Source: a virus
Lineage: Duplodnaviria > Caudoviricetes
Direction: 5' to 3' (one strand)
Virus record (IMG/VR): IMGVR_UViG_3300009506_000104
Location: 1 to 37,343 of that record
Length of the DNA stretch: 37,343 nt
A program made the translations under genes and the position numbers. The notes beneath the pieces were generated by a model. That model was given only the letters and a program-made list of their open reading frames with translations, did no database searches and was not told where the DNA came from. The first letter of the stretch is position 1; every line of letters begins with the position of its first letter. Below are positions 17,386 through 26,600 of this stretch, in pieces.

Positions 17386-19290
17386 ATGTCTGAATTTGAT
17401 TTTCTCACGATGGATAGAAATCAAGAAATAGATAACCCTCCGTTGTCACCAGAAGAAGAGGCACAGTCTAAGAACAGCGATTATAATTTCCTCACGATGA
17501 ATAGGGAGCAAGAGATACAACCCTCCTCCACTACTCTTGCTCCTTCATCGGGGGCTTCCTCTGAAATGTCAGACCTTTATAAAAAATTAGGGATTGAACC
17601 TAAAGAAGAATCTTGGTCTTTTGACTTTGGTAAGAGACTTGAGAAAAGTGTACAAGAATCTTTTGGTGCTGTATGGGGAGGATTAGGTATGCTTGCTGAT
17701 ACTGTTGGAATGGAGAAGGCAAGAGATTGGTCTCTTAATAGAAGTAAGTATATGTTTGAGAAAGCAGCAGAGAAGGATGTAGTGGAACAGAAGTTTGGAG
17801 AGATAAAGAACCCACTAGACTTCTTCCAATGGGGTGCAGAAAGATTAATAGAGTTTGCACCTGATATGGTACTTATGGCTGCTGGTGGTGCAGGGTTAGC
17901 ATCCTCTGCTACTAAACTAGCTGCTACTCAGACTATGAAGACAACTCTTAAGACTGCAGCAAAAAAAGAGTTAATGCAGAGTTATAAGACATTTGCTAAA
18001 GAGTATGGTAAGAAAGAGGCTATGGAACTAGCATACAAGAAGACTGCTGGTAAAATAGGTTCTATGATGGGTATGTCTGCTTACGAAGGGTTTACAGGGG
18101 CAGGACAAGCTTATCTTACTGATGTAGATTTAAGAGGTGTAGATGAAGCTAGCCCATTAAAAGCTGTGGCAGCTGGTGTAGCTATGGCAGGTGTTACAGC
18201 CCTTAACCCCCTTAATAAATTCTTATCTAAAACTCTTACAGGAAAAGCTTTTTCTGCTACAGGTAAAGAAGCTATAGAAATGACTTTAGGTGAAGCTGTT
18301 GAAGAAGCTGCTCAAGAAAGTATTTCTGTATTCCATGAATCAGGGGTAGACCCTAACAAGACAGTTAAAGAAGCTTTCTCTGATCCTGAGACATACAAGA
18401 GATTGGTAGAGAGTGGAGTAGCTGGTGCGCTATTAGGTGGTACTTTTGGAGCACCTGCACTACATGCTGGTGTTAAAGCAGATAGGGCAGAACAAGCTAG
18501 GGTTAAGAGGGAAGAGACTCAGAAGAAACTGGATAGTTATGATATACCATCTGTATCTAGGGAAGAGGCTACTGATAAAGCTACTAAAGAAGCTATGTAT
18601 TCTCGACTAGGTAAAGAGGATCAAGCTCAAGCTATGGATGATATGGAGGTAGCTACTCAAGCTTATGAACCCACCCCTCCTGAACCATCTAGGGAAACTG
18701 AATTAAAGAGACAAGAAACTCTTACTTCTCAGTATGAACCTAAAGCTCCTCCTACTCAGAAATCTCCTGCTGAATTAAGTGCAGGAGTATTCTTAAAAGC
18801 AGGGGAAACTAAAGCTGAAGATATTATTAAAACTTTTGAGCAAGCTACTGCTGAGTATGAAAACTTTACTAAAGAAGTAGAAGATTATAAACAGAAGTGG
18901 CAAGAGAAAAATATCTCCTTAAAAGATGCTAAGGAGGAAGCTGGTAGACTTGCTACTAAGATGTCAGAATCTTTTAATAAACCTTTCTCTGCTGGACAAA
19001 GAGCTAACATCCAAACCTATATTATGAATCGTATCACTAATACTAGGATGGATGATAAGATGGGGGGAGCAGTAACATTATCCCCTGAAGCTTCTAAACT
19101 ACCCACTAAGGATAAGGTGCAGCTAAAGAAACTACAGAAGGAAGGAATTAAAGTAAGATCAGATGTTGTAGTAAAAGAGACAGGAGAAGTTATGGAAGCT
19201 TCTGTTGATGCTAAAGAAGCTGTAAAGGATGTACAAAGTAGAAGTGAACAGATGAAGAAACTTATGGATTGTATAGGATACTCCTCATGA
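17386..19290 (+). CDS. Large internal virion protein, N-terminal part
   Basis: SD AGGAG; Gly/Ala hydrophobic helices and GEAVEEAAQE...ESGVAGALLGG motif typical of N-termini of giant podovirus ejection proteins. Confidence 0.7.
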   Translation: MSEFDFLTMDRNQEIDNPPLSPEEEAQSKNSDYNFLTMNREQEIQPSSTTLAPSSGASSEMSDLYKKLGIEPKEESWSFDFGKRLEKSVQESFGAVWGGLGMLADTVGMEKARDWSLNRSKYMFEKAAEKDVVEQKFGEIKNPLDFFQWGAERLIEFAPDMVLMAAGGAGLASSATKLAATQTMKTTLKTAAKKELMQSYKTFAKEYGKKEAMELAYKKTAGKIGSMMGMSAYEGFTGAGQAYLTDVDLRGVDEASPLKAVAAGVAMAGVTALNPLNKFLSKTLTGKAFSATGKEAIEMTLGEAVEEAAQESISVFHESGVDPNKTVKEAFSDPETYKRLVESGVAGALLGGTFGAPALHAGVKADRAEQARVKREETQKKLDSYDIPSVSREEATDKATKEAMYSRLGKEDQAQAMDDMEVATQAYEPTPPEPSRETELKRQETLTSQYEPKAPPTQKSPAELSAGVFLKAGETKAEDIIKTFEQATAEYENFTKEVEDYKQKWQEKNISLKDAKEEAGRLATKMSESFNKPFSAGQRANIQTYIMNRITNTRMDDKMGGAVTLSPEASKLPTKDKVQLKKLQKEGIKVRSDVVVKETGEVMEASVDAKEAVKDVQSRSEQMKKLMDCIGYSS

Positions 19291-19595
19291 TTACAGTAAC
19301 TAAAAGAGAAGCTAGGGCAATGGGGGCTAAGAAGAAAGAAGCACCTCCTAAACCTAAACCAAAAGAAACTCCTAAAAGTAATGAACTAACCAAAGTATTA
19401 ATAGAAGCTTTAAAAGTAATTAAAGACTCATCCACTTATAGTAAGGATGTAGTTAAAAGCATAGAGTCCTTATCTGAAGCTCTTAAAGAACCTACTACTA
19501 TTGTAACTAATACCCCGGTACTTAATTGGGAGTTTGATGTAGTGAGAGATGGTAATGGTTATATTAAGAAGATTAAAGCGAGGGCAAGTAAATGA
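19287..19595 (+). CDS. Hypothetical protein with C-terminal WEFDVVRDGNGYIKKIKA hairpin motif
   Basis: ATG at 19287 overlaps the upstream stop (ATGA); 102 aa; Lys/Pro linker then helix then beta hairpin. Confidence 0.75.
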   Translation: MITVTKREARAMGAKKKEAPPKPKPKETPKSNELTKVLIEALKVIKDSSTYSKDVVKSIESLSEALKEPTTIVTNTPVLNWEFDVVRDGNGYIKKIKARASK

Positions 19596-19783
19596 TAGGA
19601 GAAGGTTTTAAACTTGTTAACACTATGATTGTAAATGGTGTGGAACACTCTATTTATAGAAAGGTGACTAACAAAGTAATTGTTCAAGAGCATAGAGAAG
19701 AGATACTTGTGATAGATGGAGTTCCACATCATATCACAGATGTACAAGGTGAGTGGAAGAAGATTAAGGAGAAGAATAAATGA
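19592..19783 (+). CDS. Small hypothetical protein with two internal repeats
   Basis: ATGA-coupled on both sides; IVNGVEHSI / VIDGVPHHI. Confidence 0.7.
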   Translation: MIGEGFKLVNTMIVNGVEHSIYRKVTNKVIVQEHREEILVIDGVPHHITDVQGEWKKIKEKNK

Positions 19784-22700
19784 GCATTTCATATAGCGCA
19801 GGTACAGTTACAATTAGTTCTGCTACAGAGACTATAGAGAATGTCATAGATACTGTTGAAGCTGCTGATTCTACTAAAGCTCACCGAGATAATAACTATG
19901 GATGGATCAATGATTGTATCATCCATATTACCTCCACAGGTACCCTCCATGTATCTCCAGATTTTGAATGGGCTATGAGAGGTTCTGCCTATATTGATTG
20001 GGATGGTGGCCTAATCCTAGATGAGAGAAGTGTAACTAGGGTAGAGGTAAGTACTAGAAGGTATGGTGCTACTGCTTCTATGCAAACTGGAAGTACGTTC
20101 ACTTGTAATAGGGATTGGGTTGAAGGGGTCAATCCACGTATCGTCCATGATACCTCGACTCAATATGATTTCCCAACAATTCATTCTACCACTTATCCTA
20201 GTGCTGTAGATATCTCAGGATTAGATATATCACTCTCTTATTGTGGTATTAAAACATACTTTAAAATGTACTTTGGTAATGTTACTACTGTAACTGATAC
20301 TAGTAATATTAGGTACTTTGATAATAAAGATACTGGATCACAGACAGCATTCCTCCAGTTCTATGGTGCTACATACGAAGCTATGGCCACTACAAGTAAT
20401 GCTTTAATTTCTGAGACTACATCTAATACTATCACACTAAATCATCCTAGGTTTAACTTCCTTGCTGACTCTACTTTTGGTGGTACGATGAGTAATGGTC
20501 AGTGGAATCTAAACAACTCTCTGTATCCAGAGGGATATGTATGGGATGGTACTTTATCTAAGACTGCTGCTGTAGCTACAGGAACTTGGAGATATAGTTT
20601 TACTAACCATTTAGTATTTAAAACAGGTACTTCTCTATTATCTGGTGTGGGGGTACATTGGGTTAGAGCAGATGTAGGAACACCTACCTTTTCAGAATCT
20701 AGTACTTTTCATTCTGCTACTACAACTGGCACTGGTACAGTAGAGCAGTTATTAATAGATGCTTATAATACTGGATTAACAAATGCAGTAGATAGATATA
20801 CATGGACTGCAATAGCTCGTGGATATGATAGGAGATCATTTACTAATGAGTTATATACTGGCAGGGTAGTTGAAGATGTTGGAGAAGTAACTGAGGAATT
20901 CCAGTTAGAAGACCTCACCTCCACATTAGGAAGTATATCACAGAGTACAGCTAGTGCATACACTGGAATAGCAATAGTTGGTGGTACTACTAAAACATTA
21001 ACTGTAACATCAGCTTCACATGAAGCAGTAAATATATGGGCATACTACAGAGATTGGATATCTACTTTATCTGATTATTCAACCACCACTGATACATTAG
21101 ATTCTGATGGTACTAATCTATATCTTAATGATTGGACATATACTAATACTAATGTGATTAGTGGTACTCTAGTAGGTGGTACTATTAATTGGAGTACAGC
21201 TGGTACTTACACTGGAGGGAAGTATGATTCATCTACATTTGATTTTACTACTAACGGAACTTATAACTTTGGGTCTTCTACTTTCACTGGTAGTACACTC
21301 AATTTAGATAGTTCTAATAATTCTACAGTAACAGTACAATTAGATTCAGGTGTATTGTATAACAACCTTAACCCAACCTACATTACAGTAGAGCAAACAC
21401 CTGTATACCAAGGTATTGAGTTTACAGGTCTTATGTCTGGAAGTCAAATATATATCTTTGAAACAGGTACACAGACAGTGGTAGATTATATTGAATCTTC
21501 TTCTACTTCTTATACTTGGCAAGAATTATACACTGGTGATCAAACTGTAGATTACACAATTATTAATGAGGGTTACTTACCTATAAGGGTTACTGGAATA
21601 TCATTAAGTTCTTCAGTTGTTACTGTACCTGTACAGCAGATGGAAGATAGGGCTTACCAAACTTCCTCTGGATTAACCTTTGGTACAACTGCTACTGCTA
21701 ATACTGGTACTCTCAAATTTGGTCTTACTACTGCCTCTACATTACAGAACTATTACAGTTTTATGATGGAGAGTTGGAGATCAGAAAGTACCCTTAAGAA
21801 TGTAGAGTTCCCTATAAGTACTAATGGTCCTAACTCTTTTACTTTGGAGGATGGATGGGAGTTTGATGGTTCTACATCTATAGATTACTTATCAAGAGAT
21901 GGTTTAAGGTACGTAGATGCTGGAACTGTAACAGCTATATGGAGTGCAATCTATATCCTTGGTGACATATCAGGTTTCACCATTAACTATCAGCAACAGG
22001 ATGGTACTGGCACTACTACAGCCACTACTAACGATGGGTTACTTCAAGTGTATGGAGATGCAACTCATGGTAATTTTGATTATACAGACCACTTAGTTAC
22101 TAAGATACAAGAAGATGGTTACGATCAAGCTGAAGCTGATATAGTGAGTTTATATGGTATTTTAGAAGATCAATTATATATTGCTTCTATGAACCCTGTA
22201 GACAATGGATTAACTACTGGTGATCCTAGTGTTACTGGTATAACTATTACAGATCATGGTGCTACTCCTGTCACTTGGAATAGTAAAGACTTTAGCATAA
22301 CAATAACTGACTCTGCTACCCCTCATACTGGTGAGGAGATAATGAGGTGGTTAAGATATAACTTTAGTCTTGGTGGAACCTTCCAAGGTAAGGATGCATT
22401 TAACTGGCATGACCTAGTACAAACTCATGGTACTAAATTTAAAACAGTACGAGGAGCTATCTATGGCGATGTTGGTGCTACACTTAAAGGTGTTAGGGTT
22501 GTACTTAATGATGGCACCTCTCCTCACCCTGATTTTGATCAGTTCACTGCTGATGATGGTACGTTCTATATACCACCTACTCAGATTACTTTATTCAATA
22601 CTAATCTAGCAGATGGTACTAGAGTAAGATTATATAATGTTACTCAAGCTGCTGAGTTAGATAACTCACTCGTATCAGGTGGAAGTGGTTATACATTCAC

Positions 22701-23442
22701 TGGTATAGTAGGTGTAGGAGAAGCAATAGAAGAAGGTGATACTATTAGAATGACTTCAGCTTATAACAGCACTACTACATACTATCATGAAACTGATGAG
22801 AGTGCAATAGCTGGTACTTCCAATATTCAATTCCTTGCTACACAAAGTAATAACACAATACTTAATGGTTATGGGATTGATGGTAGTGCTAGGACAGAGT
22901 TCTCTACTGACTATGTTAATGTAGAGATAGACATCTCATCTGGTAATACCACACGTCAAGCGTTACTCTGCTGGTTAGCTTATATTATAACTACAGCAGA
23001 TGGTATAAGAAACTTCTTTGGGGCAGTTACCCATGAGGATGCTGGTAATGCTAGGATAAATGATTCAATAGTAGATTTACATCTAGACTATATAGGGACT
23101 GGTAACTCCATGTTCACTGATGAAATTAGATTGTATAGAGAGGATGGTGGTACTATATTTGGTGGTGCAGGGGATAACTTCTATGCCAGTAGTGGTAAGG
23201 TATTCATTGCTGAAACTGGTGTAAGTGGTCTTACTCCGGCTGAGTCTGCTGCTGTATTAGAAATAACCAACATTAAAACTGATACAGAATATCTAATAGA
23301 TATTGAAGCAGGAGATTGGGAGCTAGTTAATAACCAATGGATTTATAAAGATGAACTTGGTAATGAAGTAGCTAGGTACAACACTTACGATGATGTTGGA
23401 CTACCAAGCATGGATAGTGTGTACAAGAGAGTTAAGGTATGA
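19780..23442 (+). CDS. Large Thr/Ser/Gly-rich beta-structured protein, probable virion appendage
   Basis: 1220 aa, acidic, Lys-poor, beta-strand patterning, two similar Ig-like modules; no signal peptide. Confidence 0.7.
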   Translation: MSISYSAGTVTISSATETIENVIDTVEAADSTKAHRDNNYGWINDCIIHITSTGTLHVSPDFEWAMRGSAYIDWDGGLILDERSVTRVEVSTRRYGATASMQTGSTFTCNRDWVEGVNPRIVHDTSTQYDFPTIHSTTYPSAVDISGLDISLSYCGIKTYFKMYFGNVTTVTDTSNIRYFDNKDTGSQTAFLQFYGATYEAMATTSNALISETTSNTITLNHPRFNFLADSTFGGTMSNGQWNLNNSLYPEGYVWDGTLSKTAAVATGTWRYSFTNHLVFKTGTSLLSGVGVHWVRADVGTPTFSESSTFHSATTTGTGTVEQLLIDAYNTGLTNAVDRYTWTAIARGYDRRSFTNELYTGRVVEDVGEVTEEFQLEDLTSTLGSISQSTASAYTGIAIVGGTTKTLTVTSASHEAVNIWAYYRDWISTLSDYSTTTDTLDSDGTNLYLNDWTYTNTNVISGTLVGGTINWSTAGTYTGGKYDSSTFDFTTNGTYNFGSSTFTGSTLNLDSSNNSTVTVQLDSGVLYNNLNPTYITVEQTPVYQGIEFTGLMSGSQIYIFETGTQTVVDYIESSSTSYTWQELYTGDQTVDYTIINEGYLPIRVTGISLSSSVVTVPVQQMEDRAYQTSSGLTFGTTATANTGTLKFGLTTASTLQNYYSFMMESWRSESTLKNVEFPISTNGPNSFTLEDGWEFDGSTSIDYLSRDGLRYVDAGTVTAIWSAIYILGDISGFTINYQQQDGTGTTTATTNDGLLQVYGDATHGNFDYTDHLVTKIQEDGYDQAEADIVSLYGILEDQLYIASMNPVDNGLTTGDPSVTGITITDHGATPVTWNSKDFSITITDSATPHTGEEIMRWLRYNFSLGGTFQGKDAFNWHDLVQTHGTKFKTVRGAIYGDVGATLKGVRVVLNDGTSPHPDFDQFTADDGTFYIPPTQITLFNTNLADGTRVRLYNVTQAAELDNSLVSGGSGYTFTGIVGVGEAIEEGDTIRMTSAYNSTTTYYHETDESAIAGTSNIQFLATQSNNTILNGYGIDGSARTEFSTDYVNVEIDISSGNTTRQALLCWLAYIITTADGIRNFFGAVTHEDAGNARINDSIVDLHLDYIGTGNSMFTDEIRLYREDGGTIFGGAGDNFYASSGKVFIAETGVSGLTPAESAAVLEITNIKTDTEYLIDIEAGDWELVNNQWIYKDELGNEVARYNTYDDVGLPSMDSVYKRVKV

Positions 23443-23651
23443 GCGTAATAACTAAAGGATTTGGTAAGAACCAGAAAGTTATTACTAGAGGATTCGGTAT
23501 AGCTAAAATAGCTGTAGGGGGAGGGGGATTCGGAATTACCTCTCCCTCAGAGTTCAAAGGTAATCAGAAGGTACTGAAGTTAAGAGAGGAAGATAGATTT
23601 TTAATAGACTTTATAACAGTCGTAGTAACATCAAGAATACTTGAGGTATAG
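23439..23651 (+). CDS. Small hypothetical protein with GFG repeats
   Basis: ATGA-coupled; VITKGFG / VITRGFG / GGGGFG then REED plus hydrophobic C-terminal helix. Confidence 0.7.
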   Translation: MSVITKGFGKNQKVITRGFGIAKIAVGGGGFGITSPSEFKGNQKVLKLREEDRFLIDFITVVVTSRILEV

Positions 23652-23652
23652 A

Positions 23653-26600
23653 ATGGCTACATTACAAGGTTGTATCCGTCAACATAAACTTAACATAAGC
23701 AAAGCTGATCTTAAAAACATTAGTGATAGGGCTGCTAAATTCATAGAAGGTGATCCTAAACTTACACAAAGGGCAGCAGAAGTGTTAGCAGTAGAGCACC
23801 ACTCAGATTATTTAGATAATCAATATGACTCTATTGTTAAACAATTAGATACTAAGCTAAAGGAAGTACAGCAAGCTCATGGTGGTAGGAATATTAAAGA
23901 GTATGCTGATATCGAAAAGAGTATACAAGATCTACTCCCTAAACGTAGAATGGAAGACACTACCCAACAGTTGGCTAAAGGGGTAATGGAACAAGAAGGT
24001 GTAGCTAGGGGTGTGAGTCAGACAGAACTACAATCCTTATCTCTCGATAATATTAAAGAGAAGAAGGAAGGAGTAATCTCTTCTCTTGCTTACAACCTTA
24101 ATAAAGGTAATGTAGAAGCCAGTGCTGATATAGTGGATGCACTGTCTAGAAACAATGTAGGTAAAGAGGAGATACTTTCCTTACTTAATAAGAAAGGGGT
24201 AGAGGGGGCAGCTAATAAACTAGATAGTGCTATAAGCTACGAGAAGGCCCCTACACAAGTATCTGAGGTAAAGGTGAAGGCAGGTACTAAGAAACGTACA
24301 GATCGTTTAAAAACTATCAGTACGGCTCTCCTAGAGGGTGATATAGATACAGCTCTTAAAGCTACTAAAGAAGTTAAAGATCCTAAAGACCAGAAGAGAG
24401 ATTTACTAGCAGCTATGAAAGCTACCCTAGAATCTAACCCTGCTCTTAAGAATGATTCAGAGTTTATGTCTAGTCTTGTTAAAGCTCAAGAGTCTTTAAC
24501 TACTAAGAAGGGAGAAGACCATAGCGGTAGAAGTATTAAGTGGGAGTCTCCAACTAAAGAATTAAAGACTTCCTCTAAAGGACACATGCTTCTTAAGATG
24601 CCCGATAACGAGAAAGCAAAGAGATGGGAACTAATGACTAAATCAGGGCGTAGTCTTGGCTTCTTCTCCACCTCTGAAGCAGCTATGAACTCTCTTGAAA
24701 AAGATGTTAGGTCTAGAGTAGATGAAGCACCTACTGTAACTAAGAGGAGAACTAAACAAGAGAAGATTGACTCAGGTCTTATAATGTCTGATGTGGAAAA
24801 GAAAGCTGATGAAGAAGTTACAGGTTTCTTAAAACGTTCAGGTAATAATGCTGAATTAGCAATGAGTAACTTTAAAGAGAAGTATAAAGGTAGTAAAGAA
24901 GAGTGGGTAAGAGAAGCTCATGCTATACTTATGGATGAGGTTCAGTGGCAGAAGTGGGAGGAACAGAAGCCCGGGTTTCCTAAGAATGGATACGAAGCTA
25001 TTGAACAAGCATCTAAAGCTAAACTTAATAAGAATAAATGGATCAATCATTTATCTAGGTATATTCTTTTCTCTTCTGAGAAAGATCTAAAGAAGATTAA
25101 AATTAAAGCTACTAAAGGGAATTCTTATCACCTCGATGGAGTAGTGTACCTCAATCCTAAGTCTGGTTCTGCTGTTAAGTTACACGAAATAATTCATGCT
25201 ATTACTGTACAGAAACTAGCAGCTCCCGAGAATAAAGCTTTAAGAACAGAGTTATTATCTTTGAAAGAGTATGCTATGCAACAGTTGTTCACTCCTCAAG
25301 AAATAGCAGCTCTTAAAACAATGAATACTTCTCGTGCTTTTAAAGAGAACTACCAAAAGTTTGAAGCATTAGATTACAATAAAAGAGGTTTGTATTATGC
25401 GTTTATTAATGAGAAGGAATTTCTTGCTCAAGCTTTCTCAGAGCCTATAGTTAGAGATGCTCTCTCTCAAATAAAATCTAATACTCCTTCTAAATTCTCT
25501 AACCTCTTACAACAGTTTAGGGATTACATTAGAAGAGTTCTTAATTTTGAAGGGGTAGAGAATAATGCATTTGAAAAACTTTTGTCTATAGTAGATGATC
25601 TTCAAAGATCAGAGTACTCAGCAAGAGATGAGGGTTCTTATGGAGCATTAGAGATTAATGAGCAGTACAGTAAGAACAGAAAGATTTTAGAGAAACAGTT
25701 ATCTAGAGCACCCTCTTCACTTAAAGAGAGAATCTTTGATAACTCTAAAACTACATGGGAGAAAGTTAAAGGTCTATCAGAAGATTTACTAGAACCTGTA
25801 ACTGAATCTCTAAGGAAGATAGATCCTAGATTTGTAACTTATCTACGTAAGATGGAGAATAGAGAGAATACAAAGAATAGGGAATATGCTAAGAAGGTAA
25901 GACCATTCCTCAATAAACTTAAGGATATGAATCCTGTAGATAGAGCAGAATTAAGTTTGTATCTATTTAACGATAAACCTCAAGATAATGCTAGAGCACA
26001 TAAGTTACTTAAGGATAACAGCTTACTTAGAGAGTATGATAAGGTAAAGTTTGTATTAGACGATATTAGAAAGAGACAGAAGGAAGTTGGTATTAATCTT
26101 TATAAGACTGAAAAAGAAGACTACTTTCCTAGGAGAGTAAAAGATATGGATGGTCTTATGGATGCTGTATATAACAAGTACCATAAGAAAGATTTTCAAG
26201 GACCTCTAGCTTCTATAGTAAATGATAAGAAGATGTCAGATGCTACTAAGAAAGAGAAACTCTCCACCATATTTAACAGTGGTAAGTATTGGGAGTATGC
26301 TATGAAACTTCCTTCCTCTGCTAGAGATAGAAGTATTAATAGAGTAGAGCCTGAGTTCCTAGAGTTCTATCATGATGTATCCACCACCCTTGTACACCAT
26401 ATAGCAGAGAATAACTCTAAGATAGAAGGTAGAGTTTTATTAGGTGGTAAAGAGGGTAATCTGAAACTTCAGAATAAAATGAATAAGCTTCAGGAGAGGA
26501 TAGAAAAATATGAACTACAAGGAAAATCTACTACTGACCTTGAGGCTCAGTTAGTAGAACTGCAGAATAAGGCTGAGAACTTAGATACCTTCACTGATGG

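Noticed and set aside
10338-23442. Diversity-generating retroelement targeting a fibre
   Set aside because: No reverse transcriptase and no template/variable repeat pair differing at adenines was seen
19269-23675. The cassette as an IS or transposon
   Set aside because: No transposase, integrase or terminal inverted repeats; the 6-bp TTGTAT match can be explained by shared Cys-Ile codons
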